The translations under genes were made by a program, and so were the position numbers. This document shows, piece after piece, positions 8,238 through 15,538 of a DNA stretch of 64,000 bases; the stretch's first letter is position 1; the number at the start of each line of letters is the position of its first letter. The stretch spans positions 32,001-96,000 of IMG/VR virus record IMGVR_UViG_3300017991_000060, one strand, 5' to 3'. A model generated the notes under the pieces. The model worked only from the letters and a program-made list of their open reading frames with translations. It had not been told where the DNA came from and searched no databases. The stretch comes from a virus.

Positions 8238-9284
8238 CTACGTAGGCAACGGTGGTGGATTATACGCGGGTGTCTCCCGCTTGTCAAACGCTAGGTACCG
8301 CGCCTCCCGGTCGGCGCGTATAAGCTCCGCCGCCGTCACGTCCGCCGGGTCCTTCTCACCTGGGAGGGACGCGATGCGGACGGGGAAGTAGGGCCGGAGC
8401 TGCTGCTTCAGGCCGGGGTGCCACTTCCCCTTCGGGTCCTTCCACCCGTGGACGGCGCGCCGCCCGGCCTCATCGTTCTCGTAGATGACGGTGACGGTGC
8501 GCGCCCACTGACGGAGCTTCCTCAGCCGCTCCGGGGTGATGCCCGTCGTCGCCCCGAGGACCCCCAGGACGTTTGGAAGCACGCGGGCCGCCCAGACGGT
8601 GGAGGTACAACCCTCGACGAGCCGGACATGCTCCCGCGTCGGGTCGATAAAGTTCTCGCCGTAGAACACGCCGCGCTTCCACTGGCCTACAGGCTCGTCG
8701 TGGTACTTCGGGGTGATCTCCGGCGAGACGGCGCGCCTGGAGATCCCGACCAGACGGCCTCGATGATCCCGACACGGGAAGGTCGCCCGGCCGCGTTCTG
8801 GATCGTAGCCGATCTGCCACTTCACCACGTCCGAACGGATGATGCCGCGCTTCACCAGGTACTCCGGGACCCCGTTCCGGTAGCACTGGAGCGCGTACCT
8901 CTCCAGCCATTCACCGTAGGTCAGCCGATCAACCTCGGCCGGTGCGCCGGTGCGGATCGCCCTCGCCCTGGACAGAGCGGCGGCGAAGCTCGGCTGGTCA
9001 TTCTCAGCGGTGAAGGCTACCGCGGCGGCGAGGCCGCCGATGTCCGCCTCAGCCTGGGCGAACACGGACGAGAGGGTACCCGCCACTTGGCAGCGGTGGC
9101 AGTAACAAGAGGACGGCCCAGCCGTGTTCACCAAGACGGAGAGCGTCGGGGTGCCCTTGTCGCCCGGCGGGTGCCGCCTTGGGTCGAGGTAGTAGGGGCA
9201 ACGGATATGGACGTTCTCCGCCTTCGCCCGGTCGATGGGCGAGTCGGTGATCCGTGCGAGCTCGTGAATCAAGAGGCGGTCCAT
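8238..9284 (-). CDS. dnaG: DnaG-type primase (Zn-binding plus TOPRIM)
   Basis: N-terminal RCPYY..H..TLSV..CYCHRC Zn motif; RATFPCRDHRGRLVGISRR; PKYHDEP; TOPRIM LVEG and IYENDEAG; GEKDPAD. Confidence 0.88.
   Translation of the reverse strand: MDRLLIHELARITDSPIDRAKAENVHIRCPYYLDPRRHPPGDKGTPTLSVLVNTAGPSSCYCHRCQVAGTLSSVFAQAEADIGGLAAAVAFTAENDQPSFAAALSRARAIRTGAPAEVDRLTYGEWLERYALQCYRNGVPEYLVKRGIIRSDVVKWQIGYDPERGRATFPCRDHRGRLVGISRRAVSPEITPKYHDEPVGQWKRGVFYGENFIDPTREHVRLVEGCTSTVWAARVLPNVLGVLGATTGITPERLRKLRQWARTVTVIYENDEAGRRAVHGWKDPKGKWHPGLKQQLRPYFPVRIASLPGEKDPADVTAAELIRADREARYLAFDKRETPAYNPPPLPT
8259..8287 (-). promoter_or_regulatory. Consensus sigma70 promoter for the ssb-polA operon
   Basis: Minus strand TTGACA-17 nt-TATAAT, a perfect consensus, embedded in the last codons of the primase gene. 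Confidence 0.9.
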
Positions 9285-9448
9285 CGCTTCCTCGCGCAGT
9301 CAGGGCAGAACCAGGTCAGAGCCTCGCCTACTTTCCCTGGGGGGCAGTACCAGAACTCGGCCCATCCGTCGGCCCGTGCGGAGGTGACGTGGGCGGCGTT
9401 GGAACATCCTGCCGCACCACACGAGTAGTAGGGTCCGGGCTCTCCCAT
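9269..9448 (-). CDS. Small Cys-rich (putative Zn-finger) protein
   Basis: ATG 9448 behind GGAG, with GC3-rich codons. MGEPGPYYSCGAAGCSN...WYCPPG...WFCPDC. Confidence 0.5.
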   Translation of the reverse strand: MGEPGPYYSCGAAGCSNAAHVTSARADGWAEFWYCPPGKVGEALTWFCPDCARKRWTAS

Positions 9449-9636
9449 GGGATCTCCGTCGCCTCGAACTTCATCCTCTGAACGAGGTGGAGATGCATCG
9501 CCTCCATGCCGCGCTTCACCGCCTGGGCCACTAGCCACCTGAGCCGTTCTCCTTCAACTTCCTCGACCGGGGCAACGAACGTGAGCCGCCGCATCGGCTT
9601 GTCCTGGATGAGCATCACCACCACTTCAAGGGCCAC
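9328..9636 (-). CDS. Hypothetical protein
   Basis: GTG behind AGGAGG. The N-terminal 65 aa look coding; the 3' part overlaps the Zn-finger ORF. Confidence 0.5.
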   Translation of the reverse strand: MALEVVVMLIQDKPMRRLTFVAPVEEVEGERLRWLVAQAVKRGMEAMHLHLVQRMKFEATEIPWESPDPTTRVVRQDVPTPPTSPPHGPTDGPSSGTAPQGK

Positions 9637-9645
9637 GGCAACCTC

Positions 9646-10335
9646 CTAGAAGTCCGTCATCGGGTTGTAGTGCCCGCGGCCCTTGGGGAGTGGGTCCTCC
9701 ACCTCCTCGGGGAGCCGCTCGAACACCGTGTACCATCGCGCCCGGTTGTTCCGCCCGGTACCAACGCCGACGACGGCGACCTCCTTCCCCCACTTGCCAG
9801 GGTGCGGCCAGATGTAGTCGAGGACACCCACCCGTCCTCCGGGCTCGACGCACCGGAGGCACCGCTTCAGGAGGTCGTTCAGGTCGCTCGGGAACACCTC
9901 GGCCGGGACGTTGTAGTGCTCGTGGTCCGCCGCGGTGTAGGGGCGGTCGATCATGATGGCGGGCCACAACGGAACTTGCTTCTGCCGCATGTACTCCGTC
10001 GAAACAGAGGATGTGCGCCGAGCCCCGATCACAACGAAATCCGGCCGCGGGTAAAGATCCTCACTGCCCACGCCGATCCGGCGCGCGTCCATGAGGTAGT
10101 CGGGCTCGGTGGCCGGGTCCAAGTCCAACGTGCGGTCGTGCGGCCCGAAGCCGCGGTAGAGGTTCTTCTTCACAAGCCCGGCGCAGACGTGGAGCACCGG
10201 GTCCTCCCACCGCACGCCGAGGAGCTGGCGGGCGCGGTGAAGGAACCCGGCCGGGTACGCGCCGTAGTAGCGGGCTCCGTCCCGGAGCTTCGCGCGGGCG
10301 AGAATCCACACGTCACAGATGGGCCGGTAACTCAC
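9646..10335 (-). CDS. SAM-dependent (DNA amino-)methyltransferase-like protein
   Basis: GTG 10335 behind AGGAGG. YYGAYPAGFL, VLHVCAG (SAM-binding-like), LDLDPATEPDYLMDAR, MIDRPY (DPPY-like), RCVEPGGRVGVL. Confidence 0.7.
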   Translation of the reverse strand: MSYRPICDVWILARAKLRDGARYYGAYPAGFLHRARQLLGVRWEDPVLHVCAGLVKKNLYRGFGPHDRTLDLDPATEPDYLMDARRIGVGSEDLYPRPDFVVIGARRTSSVSTEYMRQKQVPLWPAIMIDRPYTAADHEHYNVPAEVFPSDLNDLLKRCLRCVEPGGRVGVLDYIWPHPGKWGKEVAVVGVGTGRNNRARWYTVFERLPEEVEDPLPKGRGHYNPMTDF

Positions 10336-10369
10336 AGTCCAAACCCCTCCTTCGCCACGCCGGTGTGCG

Positions 10370-10567
10370 TTAGAGGGCCTCGTAGACCTCGTAGCCCCAC
10401 GAGGTCGTCTTGATCTTGCGGCCCCGTTCCTTGTGGGTCCGTGTCCACTCGGGCGCGAACTCGGGCGCGATTCGGCCGGCTCCGATCTGCCGGACGAGGT
10501 GGACGAACCCCTCCGTGCCATCATCGAACGTGATCGTGTCCAGCTCTTGCTTCTGCTTCTTGCTCAT
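10370..10567 (-). CDS. Hypothetical protein (65 aa)
   Basis: AGGAGG RBS, ATG start, codon usage like its neighbours. Confidence 0.65.
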   Translation of the reverse strand: MSKKQKQELDTITFDDGTEGFVHLVRQIGAGRIAPEFAPEWTRTHKERGRKIKTTSWGYEVYEAL

Positions 10568-10728
10568 CTTGGCCTCCTGTCTACGGGATATCCAGATGCA
10601 CGTAGGGCGTGCCGCGTGCGGTCTCCTGGATCAGGATCTCGCGCCCGGCATGCTGCTACAAAAGCAGCCACCCAAACGGTGCCGCTCTTGGGGTACGTGA
10701 TTATGGCGATGTCGGGCTTGTTAGGCAT
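10564..10728 (-). pseudogene. 54-codon ORF with a sulfotransferase PAPS-binding motif (probable fragment)
   Basis: Below the ORF-track cut-off. MPNKPDIAIITYPKSGTVWVAAFV..., with its start overlapping the upstream stop and its stop overlapping the next ATG. Confidence 0.45.
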
Positions 10729-11158
10729 CACTCACCCCCTCCGGCAGAATGATGCCGCCCTCAGTGGTCCGCTCCTCACCATCGGCCGGGGCCTCGATCT
10801 GGGACTCGCCGGGGGCGGGGCCGGGCATGGCGATGGAGGTCACGTTGCCCAGGGCGATGTCTACGACGCCGTGGATGATGAGCGCCACCGGCTCGCCCCC
10901 GCGGCCATCGTCCATCGTGAGGGTGAGGGCGCGGTCGTCGCCCTGGAAGCTGGCAGAACGGAGCCGCTGCCCTACGATCTCCGGCCACGCCTCCGAGAGC
11001 TTCTGGTGGAGCGCCGCCGACGCGCGGCGTTGTTTCTCGGGGTTGTTCGCCCTGGTCCCGCTCCGCCCCGCGTTCTTCTTCCGCTGCTTCGCCGCCGCGC
11101 GGGCGCGCTGCTTCCGCGTCGGGGTCCCTTTACGCCGCTTACCCATCTCCGCCTCCAT
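10721..11158 (-). CDS. Hypothetical protein with basic N-terminus
   Basis: ORF in operon context overlapping the dnaB 3' end, typical codon bias. Confidence 0.65.
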   Translation of the reverse strand: MEAEMGKRRKGTPTRKQRARAAAKQRKKNAGRSGTRANNPEKQRRASAALHQKLSEAWPEIVGQRLRSASFQGDDRALTLTMDDGRGGEPVALIIHGVVDIALGNVTSIAMPGPAPGESQIEAPADGEERTTEGGIILPEGVSDA

Positions 11159-12494
11159 CTACTATCTCGGTGAAATCGAGCGTCGCCTTGACATCGAATC
11201 TGGTTTTCAGCTCGCGGAGCGGTAGGCCGTCCCGCACCTTGAGCGTACGCCAGATGGCCTCCCTGGCTTGCTCCACCTCGGGGGGCCGGAACAGCCCCAT
11301 GAGCACGTCGCACGCGCGCCCTACCTCATCGGTGAGGATCGCGGAGTTCATGCTCGCTCGGGTCGAGTCCTCGGACACGTCCCGGTTGAAGTGCCACGAC
11401 ATCGCGCCTGGGATGCCCATGCGCTTGTTGAGGTCCACGAAGTCGAGGACCAAGTTCGAGGCCGCCACCTTCTTGTCGCGGCCCTGGGCGGCGAGGTAGG
11501 CCGAGTCCCAGAGCACGATGTCCGGCTGGAACCCGACGACCTCCATCTCCAGGTCGGCCACGCTCCGAACGAGCGGAGCGGCCACCACCTTCAAGCGGCC
11601 GAACGCGCAAGCCGGGTTCTCCAGGTACTCGTAGAACTGGATGATCTGGCGCTCCTCGTTCGGGGTGAGGAGCCCGTTGGTGAACCGCCACGCCGACACG
11701 CGCGCCGACACGGCGTCGAAGCGTGTGGTGAGCCGCTGACGGGCGAGGTCGGCGTCCGGGCACTCCTCGTTCGGGTCCACCCCTTCCTCGTGGCAGTAGA
11801 TGCACGCGCGCCGCACGATCCGGTGCTTCGCTCTCCCCCGCCCCGCGGATTCTGGCGGCGTCTCCATCGAGCAGAACAGCACGTCGAGCCCGATCTGCCA
11901 GAGGTAGGTCGCCCAGAGGATCATGCCCCAGGTCTTGCCGACGCTCGGCCGCGCGAGGAGAACCCAAGTGTCTCCCCCCATGAACCCGCGGGTGGCCTTG
12001 GTTAGCGCCTCGTGCGGGAGGGGGAGCCCCTGACGGCCGCGCGCCCGCTTCCGGCGTAGGTAGTCCCGGTACCTGTCCCGCACGCCCTCCCGGATGTCCG
12101 AGAGCATGAGCCCCTTCTCCGGCGGCCGGAACGTGCGGCCTATCTCGGAGAGGACCGCCCGCGCGCCGTCGAGGGCGGTGTGCGGCTCCGCCTTCTCCAG
12201 CGGTTGCGCCACCTTCTCGGTGAAGCCCTCCTCCATCGCCACGCGGAGCGCGTTGTCCGCGACCATCTGCGCGTAGTAGGCGATGTCGTCCTGGGCCGGG
12301 GGGAGACCCATGTTGAACGTCTGCTTCAGAGTGTCGGCGTGGGGGAGCTTCGAGTGCTCGCGGACGAAGCCGAGCACCCAGTCATAGATCGGCCGCCACT
12401 CCGGGGTGAGATGGTCGCGCTCAATCCGCCGTAGGTCCGCGACCGCGCACTGCCCCGAGAGGAGGGCGGAGAAGTACATGGCATCGTGGTTCAC
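11139..12494 (-). CDS. dnaB: DnaB-like (SF4) replicative helicase
   Basis: Walker A LLARPSVGKTWG, H1a FCSME, Walker B IVLWDSAYL, late ACDVLMGLFR and LKVRDG. GTG 12494 coupled to the loader stop. Confidence 0.9.
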   Translation of the reverse strand: MNHDAMYFSALLSGQCAVADLRRIERDHLTPEWRPIYDWVLGFVREHSKLPHADTLKQTFNMGLPPAQDDIAYYAQMVADNALRVAMEEGFTEKVAQPLEKAEPHTALDGARAVLSEIGRTFRPPEKGLMLSDIREGVRDRYRDYLRRKRARGRQGLPLPHEALTKATRGFMGGDTWVLLARPSVGKTWGMILWATYLWQIGLDVLFCSMETPPESAGRGRAKHRIVRRACIYCHEEGVDPNEECPDADLARQRLTTRFDAVSARVSAWRFTNGLLTPNEERQIIQFYEYLENPACAFGRLKVVAAPLVRSVADLEMEVVGFQPDIVLWDSAYLAAQGRDKKVAASNLVLDFVDLNKRMGIPGAMSWHFNRDVSEDSTRASMNSAILTDEVGRACDVLMGLFRPPEVEQAREAIWRTLKVRDGLPLRELKTRFDVKATLDFTEIVDGGGDG

Positions 12495-13099
12495 CAGGCG
12501 CTCTCCAGGTTGTCGGGCCACTGGTCGTTGTCGATGCCCACCGGGACGATGACGCGGCGGAGGACGGACACGAGCCCGTCGGCGCGCGTGTAGGCCGAGG
12601 GAAGCTGGTCCCAGTTGGTGTTCGAGGTGATGATGACGGAGCGGTGACGGTCGTACATGTCCCGAGCCGCCGCCTCCAGGGCTGCACCGGCCGGGCCGCT
12701 CAGTCTGAACTTCTCGGATCCGAGGTCATCGATGATGAGTAGGTCCGAGGATAGAAGGCGGTCGTGGAGCTTCGCGTTCCGCTCCGTGTCCCGGAAGATG
12801 ACGCCGGGGATGTGGCGCGTCGGGAGCCAGAGGCACCGCTCGCACCGGCGAGCTGCGTCCATGAGGAGGATAGCCGCTAGGCTGCTCTTGCCCACGTTGA
12901 ACCGGCCGTGGATGTAGAAACCGTGACCCATGCCGAGCCACGTCTTGATATTCGCGAGGGCTTCCTGGACCCACTTCCGGATGTCCTGCGGCGCGATGCA
13001 GTCGGTGTTCGCGACCCAGTACCGCTCCGGCAGGTTCGAATCCATGAGCACCTCACGCATCTCGTCCTCCGGGATGCGGTAGTCCCTGATCCGCCTCAT
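12491..13099 (-). CDS. DnaC/IstB-like AAA+ helicase loader
   Basis: ATG 13099 (ATGA coupling). GFYIHGRFNVGKSSLA, LLIIDDLGSE, DMYDRHRSVIITSN. Directly upstream of dnaB. Confidence 0.88.
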   Translation of the reverse strand: MRRIRDYRIPEDEMREVLMDSNLPERYWVANTDCIAPQDIRKWVQEALANIKTWLGMGHGFYIHGRFNVGKSSLAAILLMDAARRCERCLWLPTRHIPGVIFRDTERNAKLHDRLLSSDLLIIDDLGSEKFRLSGPAGAALEAAARDMYDRHRSVIITSNTNWDQLPSAYTRADGLVSVLRRVIVPVGIDNDQWPDNLESAW

Positions 13100-13563
13100 C
13101 GCTTCTTCCTCCCTAGAACGGTGCCGCCGGTGTCCACCCACTCCCGCCCTGGTCCGCGGGACGGCGCGGGCCGCTTGAGCTTCGGCGCTTCCTCGGGGAG
13201 CACGTCGGCCAGGACGTTTCGCGTCACCACCCCCCATTCCCCCGTGAGCCCCTGGGCGGCCACGTCGGCCTGGAGGTAGTAGGTATACCCGACGCGGTGC
13301 CCGAGCTCCCTGGGGGCGTTGTGGTCGCTGATCCACCTGAAGTTGAAGAGCTGCCAGAGGTCGCCCCGCGCCGCGGCCAGACCGACGCCTACACGCTTCG
13401 CGAGGGCGGCCACCGTGGCGTGGCTCACGAGCTTGTGCCGAGCCATCGCGCCGGACGCCTCGACCACCATCGGCGGGGGGAGGTACTCGATGGCCTCGCG
13501 GACCAGCTCCCGATAGAGCGCCCGCGGACCGGCCATCTTCCCAAGGTACTCACCGGGCCGCAT
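13096..13563 (-). CDS. HTH protein, candidate replication initiator/loader partner
   Basis: HATVAALAKRVGVGLAAARGDLWQL is HTH-like. The position immediately upstream of a DnaC-like gene is the usual initiator slot (inference). Confidence 0.5.
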   Translation of the reverse strand: MRPGEYLGKMAGPRALYRELVREAIEYLPPPMVVEASGAMARHKLVSHATVAALAKRVGVGLAAARGDLWQLFNFRWISDHNAPRELGHRVGYTYYLQADVAAQGLTGEWGVVTRNVLADVLPEEAPKLKRPAPSRGPGREWVDTGGTVLGRKKR

Positions 13564-13885
13564 CGTCCACCTCGTACGTGATCTTCGCCCCGAAGTTGGT
13601 GTGGTAGGGAAACTCCACCCCGATCCACTTCATCCGGTAGAGATGCTGCCGCACGCCCCAGGTCATGGACCGCGGCACGTACCCGATGTGCGTCCAGTCC
13701 CACCCTCCCTCGAAGTTCTGGATGTAGAGGTAGACGCCGATGGCGTCCGGGTCGTACGGGTCGTTCGGCTCCGGGCACAAGTACGGGAACACCCGGCCGA
13801 CCTTCGCCACCCCGGCCGCGCGGGCTATCAACGTCTGGCGACCCTCGAACGTCACGCCCGCGACCTTGAACTGGTAGACGCTCAT
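13550..13885 (-). CDS. Stand-alone HIRAN domain protein
   Basis: FKVAGVTFEGRQ...LCPEPNDPYDPDAIGVY...HIGYVPR is the HIRAN signature. Confidence 0.88.
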   Translation of the reverse strand: MSVYQFKVAGVTFEGRQTLIARAAGVAKVGRVFPYLCPEPNDPYDPDAIGVYLYIQNFEGGWDWTHIGYVPRSMTWGVRQHLYRMKWIGVEFPYHTNFGAKITYEVDDAAR

Positions 13886-14733
13886 CCTCCGAGGCTCCCT
13901 CCCACCGCCGGCTTCGGGTCCACCAAATAACGCGGAATGATCGACCAGGCGGGCGAGTGGCGCACCTGGCCGGAGTGCATCCTGCCGTGAAGGTCCTCCA
14001 GGAACAGCTTGGCCGCCGCGTACTCCTTGTAGGAGGGGGCGGCCGGGATCACCCGGAGGAGGTACGCCGGGTGGCGCGTGTAGCCGAAGGTGACGCCCTC
14101 GACCTCGTGCCAGGTATTCGGGTACATCCCCTTCACGTCATCGAAGAAGGCGCTCGCCGCGTGATCCCCGAGGAGGAGAACCAGGCCGGGGCGGAGCGCC
14201 CGAAGAAGGGACAGGAACCGCTCGGAACACGCCATGAGCTCCGCGAGCGTAGGGGGCCGATCACGGTCGAATCGATGATCGACCGGGCGGCAGCCCACCA
14301 AATTGATCCACCCCAGGTCGCGGTCCGGGTCGATGCCGACCTCGCGGAAGAGCTCGGACATCAACCGGCCGCTCGCCCCGACGAAAGGCTTACCCTTCAT
14401 GTCCTCGGTGCGGCCTGGGCCTTCACCGATGGCGACGATGGGACTGTAGGGGTTCCCCCGGAACAGCACGACGCACTGACGGCTCGTCGAGAGGTGGCAC
14501 CGGCCACAGTGCACGTACTCCCGCTCGATCATCGCTAGGCCCGTCGCCGGGTCGGGCGGCATCTGCGGGTAGTGGAGCTGGAAGTGCTCCAGTTGCGTGA
14601 TGGGGAGGGCGTTCTCGTGAGAGATCGCCCCGATTATCGTGGGGGCTTCGACGGGCCACGGTGCGACGTATGTAGACATGGGCACCGGCGCGTTCGGATG
14701 TGGGCGCTGGTGCATTGCTTGGTACACGAACAA
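13882..14733 (-). CDS. udg: Uracil-DNA glycosylase, family 4 (Fe-S type)
   Basis: CGRCHL...GNPYSPIVAIGEGPGRTED..GKPFVGASG, INLVGCRP..RPPT..E..AC, TRHPAYLLR. TTG start behind AGGAG. Confidence 0.92.
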   Translation of the reverse strand: MFVYQAMHQRPHPNAPVPMSTYVAPWPVEAPTIIGAISHENALPITQLEHFQLHYPQMPPDPATGLAMIEREYVHCGRCHLSTSRQCVVLFRGNPYSPIVAIGEGPGRTEDMKGKPFVGASGRLMSELFREVGIDPDRDLGWINLVGCRPVDHRFDRDRPPTLAELMACSERFLSLLRALRPGLVLLLGDHAASAFFDDVKGMYPNTWHEVEGVTFGYTRHPAYLLRVIPAAPSYKEYAAAKLFLEDLHGRMHSGQVRHSPAWSIIPRYLVDPKPAVGGSLGG

Positions 14734-14795
14734 GGCGCGCTCCTGGTGGCGTCTTTCACCCCGAATGACGCCGCTCTACGACCAACGTATTCAGG

Positions 14796-14824
14796 ATATT
14801 ACCATGGCGCGTCCGGTTCGTCAA
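14796..14824 (-). promoter_or_regulatory. Sigma70-type promoter at the head of the replication module
   Basis: Minus strand TTGACG-17 nt-TAATAT with an extended -10 TG, at the junction between virion/accessory genes and udg. Confidence 0.8.
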
Positions 14825-15274
14825 CTAGAGGCCGGAGAGCACCATCCTGACGAGGAACTTCAAGCCGATCTCGCCTACGCCCTTGAGCACACCGAGCACG
14901 GCGTTCCACGATTCCTCGCGCTCCTTGGACTCGGCCACGGCCGCGTCACCGGCCGCGTGCATGGCGGCCCGACGCTCTGCGAAGGTCGCCTGCGTCTCCA
15001 GGTAGAGACGCCGTGCCGCGGCCTCATCGCCGTCCTCCCAGTGTCCCATGAGGTGAGCGAACCCTACCTTCCCGAGACGGACGAACGGCTTCTTGTTGGC
15101 GTCGAGGAGGTTCAGGGCGTTGTACGCGGCCCTCGTGCCCTCCTCCCCGAGCCCGAGGCCCTTCAAGACATCCGCGGCTTTCCTACCTTCGTCGATGAGC
15201 TTGCCGAGGTACTCCTCGCCACCCTCATCGATGATGTCGTCGCCCTTCTTCTTCAGGGTTTCCATAAGGCTCAT
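14825..15274 (-). CDS. Hypothetical protein (helical, amphipathic C-terminus)
   Basis: ATGA-coupled to the upstream lipoprotein gene, strong GC3 bias. Confidence 0.7.
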   Translation of the reverse strand: MSLMETLKKKGDDIIDEGGEEYLGKLIDEGRKAADVLKGLGLGEEGTRAAYNALNLLDANKKPFVRLGKVGFAHLMGHWEDGDEAAARRLYLETQATFAERRAAMHAAGDAAVAESKEREESWNAVLGVLKGVGEIGLKFLVRMVLSGL

Positions 15275-15537
15275 TTTCCGTCGGCCCCCTTCCGCGCGTC
15301 CATGCGCGCCTTGACTTCCTTCGGAAGCTCCTCGCCGGTGAGGACGTGGAGGATCTGCCAGTCAAAGTCGTAGTTGTCCTGGGCGATGAGCTTCGCCTCT
15401 TCGGGGAGTGCCTTGTCATTCATGTGCCCCTTATTCACCGCGACGGCGTCCTTCAGGGCCTTCTCTACCATGGGGTGGCCGGTGCAACAGCCCGCGATGC
15501 ACACCACGATGATAATGGTGAGAATCATCCTCCGCAT
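15271..15537 (-). CDS. Small putative lipoprotein
   Basis: MRRMILTIIIVVCIAGC: basic n-region, hydrophobic core, lipobox IAG-C. GGAGG RBS. Confidence 0.65.
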   Translation of the reverse strand: MRRMILTIIIVVCIAGCCTGHPMVEKALKDAVAVNKGHMNDKALPEEAKLIAQDNYDFDWQILHVLTGEELPKEVKARMDARKGADGK

Positions 15538-15538
15538 A

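Noticed and set aside
4887-11847. Inteins in PolA or DnaB
   Set aside because: The inserts are only 35-45 aa and lack the C/S start, the HN-C/S/T end and LAGLIDADG blocks.
14825-15537. Spanin (Rz/Rz1) pair
   Set aside because: The order is reversed, the second protein has no N-terminal transmembrane helix, and no endolysin or holin is adjacent. Kept only as part of the accessory-island finding.
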